From: a virus
Lineage: Duplodnaviria; Caudoviricetes
Virus record (IMG/VR): IMGVR_UViG_3300032266_000694
Location: 57 to 64,056 of that record
DNA length: 64,000 nucleotides
Strand: one strand, 5' to 3'
The stretch's first letter is position 1, and each line of letters starts with the position of its first letter. A program made the translations under genes and the position numbers. Below the pieces are notes generated by a model. The model was given only the letters and a program-made list of their open reading frames with translations. It was not told the origin of the DNA and searched no databases. This document shows positions 19,050 to 27,942 of this stretch, one piece after another.

Positions 19050-19666
19050 ACAGTATAAAGCGTGAGTTCGCCACGCAGACTCGCCCCCACAAGATTTGTA
19101 AATACTACTTGCATCGCAAGATTTGTTCCTGCGGATATGACAATCGGACTTAAGGTTGAGGAAAATGACGTCATCCCATTTCCAGCTATTCCTAAAGTCC
19201 AATTACTAAATAAGCTATATATCGAACCCGAACTTGTAGATGCCTCGCTTGCTTTAGCTACTAAATTAAATCCAACTGTTCCACCTCGTTCAGAAGCCAA
19301 TGCGTTTGCAGATGTGTTATAAATTGTTGCAGAACAGGCAACTACTCTGAAAAGATAAGGCAATTTAAAGTTTCTTAATTCTAAAGCACTAACAGGTCCA
19401 ACTGCATCAATAGTTGAGAAATATCTTGTATCACTAACATTTGATACGGTTGTAGTAGCAAACAGAGTCCTAAACGTGTACGGAAAATTAGGAAGATTTA
19501 CAGTCGGAACTTTTGAGCTTACGTCTAGTGGGGCATAGCCGTTGGCAACACCCTTGTTGGCCTTGTCTTCTTTAAGCGTAAGGTCGATTGAACCACCTCC
19601 GTTTGTGTATGGAGCTGGGATCGTCTCGTTGGTCGTTACGCCTGTGTATGGAAGTTGTATTGCCAC
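19046..19666 (-). CDS. Tail-fibre-like protein
   Basis: KANKGVANGYAPLD..SKVP motif is common in phage fibre N-termini. Beta-rich C-terminus is encoded by AT-rich DNA. Confidence 0.6.
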   Translation of the reverse strand: MAIQLPYTGVTTNETIPAPYTNGGGSIDLTLKEDKANKGVANGYAPLDVSSKVPTVNLPNFPYTFRTLFATTTVSNVSDTRYFSTIDAVGPVSALELRNFKLPYLFRVVACSATIYNTSANALASERGGTVGFNLVAKASEASTSSGSIYSLFSNWTLGIAGNGMTSFSSTLSPIVISAGTNLAMQVVFTNLVGASLRGELTLYTV

Positions 19667-19723
19667 AAATCACACGCTCGAACCTATTACCAAACCAGCA
19701 AACAGGATCTGTTGTATGCGTCG

Positions 19724-19993
19724 TTATCGCTTAATAAGGTAATCCTTGGCGTATGCCCAAGCTGGATTCATGTGGACCTTAATATGGCAACTAAAGCAAA
19801 CCCCCAAGAAATAGCCAGCATCGTTAAGCCTGTCTCCAAAGCGACCTCTTTTGTGGTGGATCTGGTCGGCGAGTCTGGAATGGCAGACTTCGCACATAGG
19901 TTTCTTGTCTAGGTAGTCTTTACGGATCTTTGTGTAGAGCCTGTTTTGCTTGGCTCGTTTCTTGGACACCCTGCGTAGGGGCGACCTTTTCAA
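19724..19993 (-). CDS. HNH-type endonuclease
   Basis: CEVC...QIHHKRGR...CFSCH. Confidence 0.75.
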   Translation of the reverse strand: MKRSPLRRVSKKRAKQNRLYTKIRKDYLDKKPMCEVCHSRLADQIHHKRGRFGDRLNDAGYFLGVCFSCHIKVHMNPAWAYAKDYLIKR

Positions 19994-20178
19994 GACTTTG
20001 CTATTTGTTTTAAGGCTTCTTGAATTGCGTAGGAAATGACGGCCTGTCTGTCTTTTTTTAATAACTTCATTCCGCTCTGAAAAAGCCTCTTCTCGGCAAC
20101 TGCGTCAAAGGTAACGTCAACTTCGACCATTTTAGGGGCTGGTCGAGATTTGCCAAACTTGATTAGCCCAGCTTTCAA
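19990..20178 (-). CDS. Hypothetical protein
   Basis: 62 aa ORF coupled by overlapping stop/start on both sides. Confidence 0.55.
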   Translation of the reverse strand: MKAGLIKFGKSRPAPKMVEVDVTFDAVAEKRLFQSGMKLLKKDRQAVISYAIQEALKQIAKS

Positions 20179-20543
20179 GACAGGGTAAGGAGGTATTTGA
20201 GCTGGTTGGCCGTCCCAAGCATTTCGTCACGCAAGTTAAGTAGATCGGTATCTTTGGGTGAGAGAAGGGTCGGGAGGACTTCGACCAGGAACTTGATGAA
20301 TCCGTTTATGTAAACCAAGAATTGGCCAGAGTAATCATCGAGCTGGATGTCGGCTCCGCCTGTAGGCCGTGAGTACTTTCCAATATAGACCTCAAGAAAC
20401 TCGTCGATTGTTTCCGTCAATTCTTCATAGGCTTTACCAAAGGCTTGGTGCTGGGCGTAGGACTTGGTCTGCCAATGAAACAGCTTGATCTGGTTTTGAA
20501 ACCCAAGAAAAGAACTTACAATGGCTTTGCCAGAGTTTTTCAT
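20175..20543 (-). CDS. Ferritin/Dps-like four-helix protein (DUF5856-like)
   Basis: KLFHWQTKSYAQHQAFG..YEEL...IDEFLEVY.G...DLLNLRDEMLG...LKYLLTL. Confidence 0.85.
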   Translation of the reverse strand: MKNSGKAIVSSFLGFQNQIKLFHWQTKSYAQHQAFGKAYEELTETIDEFLEVYIGKYSRPTGGADIQLDDYSGQFLVYINGFIKFLVEVLPTLLSPKDTDLLNLRDEMLGTANQLKYLLTLS

Positions 20544-20568
20544 TTTAGCAGTCCCACTTCCGAAGGCT

Positions 20569-20727
20569 TTACTCTTGGTAGGATTTCTTTACGTCAATCT
20601 TGCGAGCCTTGCGGACTGGCTTTTTAATTTCCAAGTCTGCCTCTCTTTTGGCTTCTTGGCTGTTGGGTGCCTCATCTTCTGGCCCCTCATCTGGGCTGGG
20701 GCCGACGTATTTTTTGCGAGGATTCAT
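20569..20727 (-). CDS. Small basic protein ending KIDVKKSYQE (52 aa, not in ORF track)
   Basis: Translated MNPRKKYVGPSPDEGPEDEAPNSQEAKREADLEIKKPVRKARKIDVKKSYQE*. Confidence 0.75.
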   Translation of the reverse strand: MNPRKKYVGPSPDEGPEDEAPNSQEAKREADLEIKKPVRKARKIDVKKSYQE

Positions 20728-20730
20728 AAA

Positions 20731-21033
20731 TTACTCTGGGTAAGACTTACGGATGTTTTTCTTGGATAGCTTTGTGGACTGTACTTTTTCTTTCGGAGCC
20801 ATCGGAGTGTTGGCGACTTTATTGCGTCTCGCTGAATCCATTTTCTCATAACTATCGAATCTGTCTTTTCCGTCGCTCGTCCAAAGTATTTCGTTTTGCC
20901 GTCCGTTCCTTGGGAATTTGCTCATCCTGCTTTGCATTGACTTGACCATGGGGGCAATAGCTCCAGTTGCGGCTCCACTAGCCATCGACTCTGCGATGTC
21001 GGAGGAATCTGGTCCTTTGTATTTGTCGGCCAT
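20731..21033 (-). CDS. Small basic protein ending KNIRKSYPE
   Basis: 100 aa Lys/Arg-rich ORF. Confidence 0.75.
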   Translation of the reverse strand: MADKYKGPDSSDIAESMASGAATGAIAPMVKSMQSRMSKFPRNGRQNEILWTSDGKDRFDSYEKMDSARRNKVANTPMAPKEKVQSTKLSKKNIRKSYPE

Positions 21034-21036
21034 AAA

Positions 21037-21348
21037 TTACTCTGGGTAAGATTTGCGGAGGTCGATCTTGGGTTTGCTTGCACGAAGCAAGGGCTTTTGC
21101 ATTGGCCTTTCAGTCTTTTTTGCCATTTGGGACATTGAGGACATTGATTCAGATAATCCTTCTGCGGCGTTGCTAGATGCGGTGCTATTGAAGCTATTGA
21201 AGGCTTCTTTTTTTGCTTTGTATTTCTTAAAAGCAGATTTCGCCCCTTGAGCGGCCGCAACTCCTGGAACAACCGCTCCAGCGATATCGTATCCAGAGAA
21301 GCGGGGCTTGCTCATCTCTTCGTTCATTTTGTTCCAGATGTCTCCCAT
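21037..21348 (-). CDS. Small basic protein ending KIDLRKSYPE
   Basis: ATG 21348 preferred. The track's ATG 21408 lies inside the late palindrome. Confidence 0.7.
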   Translation of the reverse strand: MGDIWNKMNEEMSKPRFSGYDIAGAVVPGVAAAQGAKSAFKKYKAKKEAFNSFNSTASSNAAEGLSESMSSMSQMAKKTERPMQKPLLRASKPKIDLRKSYPE

Positions 21349-21458
21349 TCGGCGAGAATGGGAAGTCGCTATTTTTCTGAAAGCACTTTTCGTGCTTAGG
21401 CGACGCATAGCTCCGTGGGGTGTGGTATCGCTTTTTATTTCAGATATTTGTTTTTGAA

Positions 21459-22037
21459 ATGGCCGACGTGAAAGAGGCTTGGGACAAGTTGAAAACCGAT
21501 GGATTCTTCACGCCACACCTACGAGTCAAGGAGGCTGGAAACAAGGGACTGGGAGTTTTTGCAGATATAGATATTGAGAAGGGGAAGCCGATTGAGTTTT
21601 GTCATTCCATCGTGATGGAGCATCGCAACCGCTATCAGCACGACCCAGAGTTTCGTCGCTACTCTTACTGGGCTAATTGTGATTGTGGGGAATGTAAAAA
21701 GCACGGATCCCAAGCTGTTCTACCTTTGGGCAATGGTTGTATTTACAACTGCGCTGATGCACAGGAGCTGGCGAATTGTGCGTACAAGGTGATTCCCAAT
21801 CAGAGGTTGGTGGTCTTTTTTGCCGTCAAAGATATCAAAGCAGGGGAGGAGATTCTGACTTGGTGGGGGCAGGGGTATTACAACCGATATTGTAAGGCTA
21901 GTTCTCCCCCCGATACGAAGGTGGTTGATGGTACAGCGTCGGCCACTTCTGATTCTTATCCGACATCTCGTACTGAATCTTCGGATCCACGCCCTGTCGA
22001 AACTTCGGCAGAAGCAAAAGTCGAGACCAGCCAGTAA
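21459..22037 (+). CDS. SET-domain protein-lysine methyltransferase
   Basis: KGLGVFA..DI.KG..IE, LGNGCIYNC (NH motif variant), FAVKDIKAGEEILTWWG; CxCxxC insertion. Confidence 0.88.
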   Translation: MADVKEAWDKLKTDGFFTPHLRVKEAGNKGLGVFADIDIEKGKPIEFCHSIVMEHRNRYQHDPEFRRYSYWANCDCGECKKHGSQAVLPLGNGCIYNCADAQELANCAYKVIPNQRLVVFFAVKDIKAGEEILTWWGQGYYNRYCKASSPPDTKVVDGTASATSDSYPTSRTESSDPRPVETSAEAKVETSQ

Positions 22038-22087
22038 GTTTGTTAAAGACACTAGGCCTTCCAGACTTGGGGATTCCTGTGAGTAGT

Positions 22088-22726
22088 TTAATCATCTTGG
22101 CTTCTCGTTGTTGCCTTTTCCTTAAGCACCTTTCGCCACAGACGCCAAGCTGTTCCTGGTGAAAGTCCAAGTGTTCGGGACAAGTGACGGACGCTGACAA
22201 CCTCACCAGAATCAATCACAAGCCTAGCGAGCTGGAGCTGTTCTTGGGTAACCGATGTAACCCGACCACAATGAACGCCTCGATCCATGGCGGCACGCAT
22301 CCCAGCTTTGGTACGCTCACGAATCAGATCACGCTCAAACTCTGCGACGGCCGCCAGCACATTGAGCTGTAACTTGGAGGCGGGGTTCATAGCTCCTCCT
22401 GTCGTGTCGATACCTTGGGAGGGGACACACAAACCGCAGTCGTAGGACAGGAGGTCGTTAATCAACCCAGCCAAGTGTTGGGTAGACCTACCAAGCCTAT
22501 CAAGTTTCCAAGCCAAGATAACTTGGATCTCCTTGTCCATCGCCGCCCGCATCATCTTGTCCAAGGCTGGGCGTTCTGTAACCGACCCAGATATTCCGTG
22601 ATCCTCGTAAAAAACAGGAGTCCAACCCCGAGCCTTGCAGATCTGGGTAAGGTTATCCTTTTGAAGGTCGGTGTTCTGCTCGTCCGTCGATACTCTTAAA
22701 TAGATACCAGCATTTGATGTAGTCAT
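22088..22726 (-). CDS. Small serine recombinase (resolvase/invertase)
   Basis: IYLRVSTDEQ (catalytic Ser), RPALDKM, WKLDRLGRS, AEFERDLIRERTKAG...GR, C-terminal HTH. Confidence 0.95.
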   Translation of the reverse strand: MTTSNAGIYLRVSTDEQNTDLQKDNLTQICKARGWTPVFYEDHGISGSVTERPALDKMMRAAMDKEIQVILAWKLDRLGRSTQHLAGLINDLLSYDCGLCVPSQGIDTTGGAMNPASKLQLNVLAAVAEFERDLIRERTKAGMRAAMDRGVHCGRVTSVTQEQLQLARLVIDSGEVVSVRHLSRTLGLSPGTAWRLWRKVLKEKATTRSQDD

Positions 22727-22805
22727 ACCCTGTAGTCCTCTGGTGTTCCAAAATAATTTTGTGGCATGGTGTCCGAATTAAAATGGGGCACCCTTTCGGA
22801 CAAGG

Positions 22806-22990
22806 TTTCTGTGACAGAAATCGTGACATAACGGTTTTGTCACGCAAATGTCACGCCTTGGTAGTTCCTAATAATTAACCTATTCCATAAACAAGCCGTG
22901 ACACGTCACGCTCTGTCACGCCCTTGCAACGAAATAATCACGGGGCAGAGTCCAGAAGCCAGAGGCCAGAAGCTAGATATACAGGGGAGT
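22806..22990. repeat. Iteron-like cluster (TGTCACGC/CGTGACA): probable replication origin or res site
   Basis: tgtcacgc at 22838, 22849 and 22914, cgtcacgc at 22904, inverted cgtgaca at 22822 and 22897. Palindromes tttctgt-g-acagaaa (22806-22820) and cgtgac-ac-gtcacg (22897-22910). Non-coding and AT-rich downstream. Confidence 0.7.
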
Positions 22991-23724
22991 GGCTGTCGCC
23001 ACATACGTTCGTGTTTTTCTTTATTAAACTCGAATTAGAAGGGCTATGCTAACATTACGCAATCTAACGACTCGGATCGTTTCTAGGGGCATTACAAAGC
23101 GATTGTGAGGCTTTTAATAATAGAGTCTGACGTTAGATTTTATAAGAGAGGCCGTCGAAGTAACGGAGCATCCGTAAGAACGTGTCGCAAATATAGGGTA
23201 AAAAAAAATTATGGGGGGGGGTGGCTATTTTGAAGCACCAGGACAAAGTTGGCGGCAGGGGGTGGGTGGGCTGTTGAAGTGGGTGAGGGTAGGTATCTAT
23301 TTCTTTTTATCGTAGAACACGAACGACTGGGATGCGTGGATTTGGGGGTTGGGTAGGGGTGGCCTCTGAAGATTCGTGCCTGTCGTTGCCTGTGTGTCCT
23401 CTAGCGTTCCCTGTGTCCAGCGTCCGAAAGCCTCCCTCAACGGACACCGCCCAAACCGCCCACCCTTTCGGACACTCCCGACCCGCCGACCCTCCCCCAT
23501 CTCACGCACGACCCCCCAAACGCAAGAAGGGAGGCCGTAAAGCCTCCCCCCTTTTGTCCTTTCTGTGTGTGTTGCTTACTCTGCTGTATATCCGTCAAAC
23601 CATCCGTCGCCTCTGGTATCGTCTCGGCTACAATGGGCTTGTGCCTCCTCAAGCGTCAGCCCTTCTTCAATGGTTTCCCTGCTTCTGCCGTCTCTAAAGA
23701 ACCTTACGATGCTGTAAGTTTCCA

Positions 23725-24120
23725 TCAGACAACCCCCGACTCGACCACGCCTACAGGCCTAAAGCCTGTATCCACCTCAATCCCAATCCCCAGCCGACCT
23801 TTTACGCTCGCCAGCTCTGACAGGCTAAACGAACCCCACTCTGGGTAATCGCCGACCACATACCCAAAGCAAATGTCCGAGCCGTCCCAGTCTTGCACAT
23901 ACCAAGTCCACGACCCGCAAGGGTCAAACAACTTCACCCGAAAGACTGGGCTAATGGTGTTGCCGTCTTGGTCTGTGTTTTCGTCGGTCAAGGGCGTTCC
24001 CTGCAAACGGCAAGCCTTCTGCATCAACTCAAGCTTCCGCTGTCCGTAGGTGATGCCGTTCTGGTTTATATGGTCGGCCAAATATACCCCGCCGACCGCT
24101 GGGGCTGTTGTGTTGCTCAT
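23725..24120 (-). CDS. DUF2958-like protein
   Basis: [14 protein letters not shown]...[32 protein letters not shown]. Confidence 0.85.
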   Translation of the reverse strand: MSNTTAPAVGGVYLADHINQNGITYGQRKLELMQKACRLQGTPLTDENTDQDGNTISPVFRVKLFDPCGSWTWYVQDWDGSDICFGYVVGDYPEWGSFSLSELASVKGRLGIGIEVDTGFRPVGVVESGVV

Positions 24121-24769
24121 ACCTTTGAGTCCTCCGCCGTTGCCTTTTCCCTGTCTCGCAGATAATACTGCTTTTTAAGTTTCTTCTGGTATGCCGTCCA
24201 AGGCTTTTCCCCTAAAGCATCCTCCCAAGCCTCCGCTATTGTCTCGCCTTCGCCCACCTTCACAAAGCCGAGCCAGTTCGTCAGACCGCTGACCGCTTCG
24301 ATGATGTATCGCTTGCCGTATTGGTTCATCGTGTTGCCTCCCTCGCTTCCGCAACTGCCAAACACTCCGCCAGCGTTGGCTCTTGCCAGTAGGCCTTACT
24401 GAAAGTTACCATCCACGCCCGATTGAAGGGGTGACGGATTCCACGAAAGACCATCTCTCCAGCGGGGTGACTCTCGCACTCGTCGGTTAAAATCCTAAAC
24501 TTGCCCGATTTCACCGAGCCTTCGATTGTGTAGCCGACCCGCCGAGCCTCGCTTATGTAAGGCCGTAGGGCTTCCATCGTCATCAGCTTAATGAATGTGT
24601 TTTCCATTTTTTTTCCTTGTGGCCGTTGGGGTTGAACCTTGGCCTTTTGGGGTTAGCTCAACGCCATTTCGCCGACATACGACCCGCAAAGGTCGTAGAC
24701 TGACAGCGTCAAGTCGGTTGAAGTTTCGTTTTGGGTTTCCGTCCAGTTTAGTTCGTTGTTGTTGCTCAT
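24117..24769 (-). CDS. Three small hypothetical genes (24117-24329, 24326-24607, 24653-24769)
   Basis: The first two are coupled by an ATGA overlap. 24653-24769 (MSNNNELNWTETQNETSTDLTLSVYDLCGSYVGEMALS) starts at a motif-defined ATG. Confidence 0.6.
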
Positions 24770-24796
24770 AGTCTGGAGTCCGTAGGTGTTGCCGTT

Positions 24797-25288
24797 TTAG
24801 AGTCTGCTCGCACACACCCGCCCGATTCCACGCTCCACGCTTTCGGGATCTGTCAGCCTTGCCCCGCAGACAACGCACCGCCCGATTGCCCGCCCTATCT
24901 CTTGGCATTGTGCCAGCGTGAGACGCATTGACTCGTCAAGGCTTCCCATCGCACCCCGCACAAAATCAAACTTCCCTGTGCTTGTGTTGAGGGTGAGGGC
25001 ATAGAGATGCCCAGCCGATGCTTTCTGGACTCGGTAGACGATGCCCGATGCGTCCCGATACATTCCTTCCGCCTTCGGGGAATTGGTCGGGGTTGGGTTA
25101 GCCTCTTGCCATTTGTCGAGGGCTTGCCGAAAAGCCACCGAGTCGGCAAAGCGGTGATTGGGCAGAAAGTTTTCTGCAAACCAACGCAACGAGCTGGCGG
25201 GCATATTGGAGACGGCCACGCCCCGCCACTTCCCAACAGGGCAAAGGGCGGAGCGGTAATCTTCTGATAGTGTGTGTGGGTTGTTCAT
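24797..25288 (-). CDS. DUF6011-like zinc-ribbon protein
   Basis: C-terminal GRCVVCGARLTDPESVERGIGRVCA; N-terminal P.GKWRG...MP...LRWF small domain; motif-defined ATG. Confidence 0.8.
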   Translation of the reverse strand: MNNPHTLSEDYRSALCPVGKWRGVAVSNMPASSLRWFAENFLPNHRFADSVAFRQALDKWQEANPTPTNSPKAEGMYRDASGIVYRVQKASAGHLYALTLNTSTGKFDFVRGAMGSLDESMRLTLAQCQEIGRAIGRCVVCGARLTDPESVERGIGRVCASRL

Positions 25289-25312
25289 ACCCACGAGTCC
25301 GTCCGTGTTGCA

Positions 25313-26741
25313 TCATTTTGACCTCACAAGTTTTTGAGCGTCTCTTTTTTTAATTGGCAGTTTGTTTAGCTCTGCCCATCGACAAAAAAAGTCTGGCGTT
25401 CCTCCTTTTGCTAAAAAGTTTTCGTAGAGTCTTTTCGCCCAGTAGCTGTAGGAAGGCTCTGCCCAATGGGGGTCTTTCATTTCAAAAACTCCAGCCAGTC
25501 CAGCAAAGCCATCCCAATCAGAACGCCGAAGGACAGGACGCACCACCACTTCAACAGCTCGGCAAGCCTGTCGTTCGTCATTTCGTGACCTCCTCGGCGG
25601 GCTGAAAGAAGGGTTTATTTTTCGCTATGATTTCGGCGAGGATACCTTCTGAATCTTCCGTTTTCTGCCAGTATTCGTGTTTGCGGAGCTGGTCGTTGTC
25701 CAGTCGCTTCCAATCCTTTTCTCCGTCTAGGGATTGTTCGAGAACGACTGCGTCATTTTCAAACGAAATCCTGTAAGTGCCGTTGTCGTAGTTTTCGCAA
25801 TCCAACTGACCAAGGATTCCGACCCCGAGGCTGGTTGTGCCTCCGAAGAAGTTCCCGATGATCTGTGCGAGCCTTGCTGTTGCATAGGTTTCATCGTAGA
25901 AACGCACCCCGAAGTGTTTTGCGGTCTCGGCAAACGCCAAGACTGACTCCGCACCGCCGTTCCAATGCAGATAGATTCCGACTGAGTTTTCCGTTGGCTT
26001 TTTTGCCAATGTGATGACTGCTCTGTTTCCCATAATTAGATTCTCCTTTGGTTGAGGTTGCTGTTCATATCTTGGAGTCCTTGCGTGTTGCGTAAATGCT
26101 TCGGGGTGTAAGAGTCTTTCAGTTTTTCCATTTCTGCGTCTGCCACGGCTTGAGCGTCGGAAGTTGTCGCCCCCAAGGCCTCCAGCTCCAGCACCCGCTT
26201 CTGCCACAGCTCGTCGGAACAGAAGCCTTCATTGACAGGGGAGCAGTTGAGATGGCCGTATGTGCAGGGATTCACGCTTTCCCCAAGGCTTTAAGTGTTT
26301 TTTGGGCTATGCACTGGTGCAGGGCTTCAATGGTTATCATAACCTTTTCCGAGTCGAATGCCTTTTGCCTGTCACACTCTCCCGCATAGTCGGCGAGGAG
26401 TTGGAAAGTATCCGCCAACAGGGAAAGGTCGGGTGCGTGGATTTCGTGTTCCCACCGCCACTTCTGGTCGGGGGTTGCTCGGTGTTGCGAGTCCTTGACG
26501 AGGTGGGCGAGGACGGAAAGCAGTAAATCCATCTGGTCTACTGATTCGGTGTGACGCTCGACATCGTCACAGAGTCCTAGGAAAGCCGACCATTCTTTTT
26601 GGGAAAATCCCACAAACTTTCTCATTTGAAAACCTCCTCAAGTTGCTCTGCCTTGGTCGGCATAAGGTCTGCGATGTCAGTTGTCTTGACCGAGAATACC
26701 TCTCGGAAAAGTTGGAATACTAAGTCTTGGTTGTCGTTCAT
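25313..26741 (-). CDS. Run of small hypothetical genes (25313-25480, 25477-25581 TM peptide, 25578-26033, 26036-26275, 26272-26625, 26622-26741)
   Basis: Mostly a chain of ATGA-overlapping ORFs. 25578-26033 begins MGNRAVI...GIYLHWNGG with SD AAGGAG. Confidence 0.65.
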
Positions 26742-26764
26742 ATTGTGGAGTCCGTTGCCGTTGC

Positions 26765-26815
26765 AAAAAAAGTTGGCGGGATGGGCAGAACAACAACGAA
26801 CACCCACCCCGCCAA
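26765..26815 (-). terminator. Intrinsic terminator
   Basis: Minus strand TTGGCGGGGTGGG...CCCATCCCGCCAAC followed by T7, immediately upstream of a promoter-motif copy. Confidence 0.75.
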
Positions 26816-26819
26816 TCAA

Positions 26820-27035
26820 AAACCCGCACAGGATTAAGGGTTGCATCATCGACCCTACTACTCTCGCAAAAGTCCAGCCTGTGCTTACTTACGGATCACC
26901 ATTTTACTGGTGACGGAAAGACCAGCTCGACACCCCGCCCACTCCTTACTGACTTCTGGATCAAATCCAATCGTCTAGCTGGAGCAACCGACAGGCCGCC
27001 ACCCTTATCCGCTTAACTTATCTGGGTTTTTGAAA
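26820..27035 (-). ncRNA. Candidate structured non-coding RNA
   Basis: Intergenic stretch with nested stems: 26826-26832/26878-26884, 26896-26901/26908-26913, 26922-26927/26977-26982, hairpin 26957-26969, 26892-26896/27007-27011. Confidence 0.4.
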
Positions 27036-27037
27036 TC

Positions 27038-27507
27038 CTATATGGAAAAGCCTTTCTTGGTCTGGGCGACCAGATCATCCACCAGCTCGTTGAACTGGTC
27101 TGGAGTCACAGACTCTTTTCGTGTGGCGGGTTGCCCGCCCCACTCTGCCAGAATCCACAACAGGCTTTCCACTTGGTTAATGTTTAGGGAAAAGCTAAAC
27201 AGGGAAGGCCTTTCCTCGGTATGTGTCGCAAGGGCGATCATACCTCTACTCCTGTTTGGTAGGCCTCCAGAACTGGCTCGCTACCCATTCGGTTTAGCTT
27301 GCACCCTTCTGGGATCATTATTGATGCCTTGCCCTCTTTCCAACCGCTGATTTGCTGTTGAACTTCCAAGAGTTTTTCCGTGGAAGGACACCAGACGGAC
27401 TGCCAAGAGGAGAGGAAAAGGTTGCCTGTTGAAACAAGCCAACCACTTCCGTCTTTCACGACTTCGACCATCCGTTCGCCGATATACATTTTATAGATCA
27501 AGCTCAT
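27038..27507 (-). CDS. Two small hypothetical genes (27038-27241, 27238-27507)
   Basis: Coupled start/stop overlaps. Confidence 0.6.
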
Positions 27508-27920
27508 TAGTATTCAGCCCTGCTTTCAAGTGTTCGGACGCTGGAAAAGAAGATGCGGATAAGAATGTCTGCATCCTCCAAGCCTTGACGCACCGCCAAG
27601 CCATCACAGGGAATACTCGAAGCCTTGATAAGCTCCAAAGCCCTGCGGGTAATCCGAATCTCGGTCAAGCACGCACGGAACTTCTCGGCGAACTCCTTGG
27701 CAGACGGAGAACCCTCGGCCTCGCCGTGACGGAAATACATCGCCGTGGCAGAGCGGAGCAACATCTCGGAAAGATGTCCACCAGCCCGATCTTCGGGCAG
27801 AGACCCTGCAAGCCCCAGCATATTGCTGGTGAATGTCAGAAGCCTGTCCTTCAAGTCTGGGGAGCGGTGTGTGGGGGGTTGTGGTTGCGGTTGTGGAGTA
27901 GATTTAAGTTTGGTTGTCAT
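27507..27920 (-). CDS. Four-helix-bundle protein (23S rRNA IVS-encoded protein family)
   Basis: DLKDRLLTF...SLPEDRAGGHLSEMLLRSAT...HGEAEGSPSAKEFAEKF..CL.E.R.T...LELI; motif-defined ATG. Confidence 0.85.
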   Translation of the reverse strand: MTTKLKSTPQPQPQPPTHRSPDLKDRLLTFTSNMLGLAGSLPEDRAGGHLSEMLLRSATAMYFRHGEAEGSPSAKEFAEKFRACLTEIRITRRALELIKASSIPCDGLAVRQGLEDADILIRIFFSSVRTLESRAEY

Positions 27921-27942
27921 AGGTTGTAGTCCTTTCGTGTTG

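Noticed and set aside
23297-23848. ORFs in the G/C-rich gap
   Set aside because: Low-complexity translations with no promoter motif, SD or gene coupling.
26820-27035. tRNA or tmRNA
   Set aside because: No TTCGA T-loop or cloverleaf with an acceptor stem could be built.
27507-27920. Diversity-generating retroelement suggested by an Avd-like fold
   Set aside because: No reverse transcriptase (YxDD) and no TR/VR repeat pair were seen.
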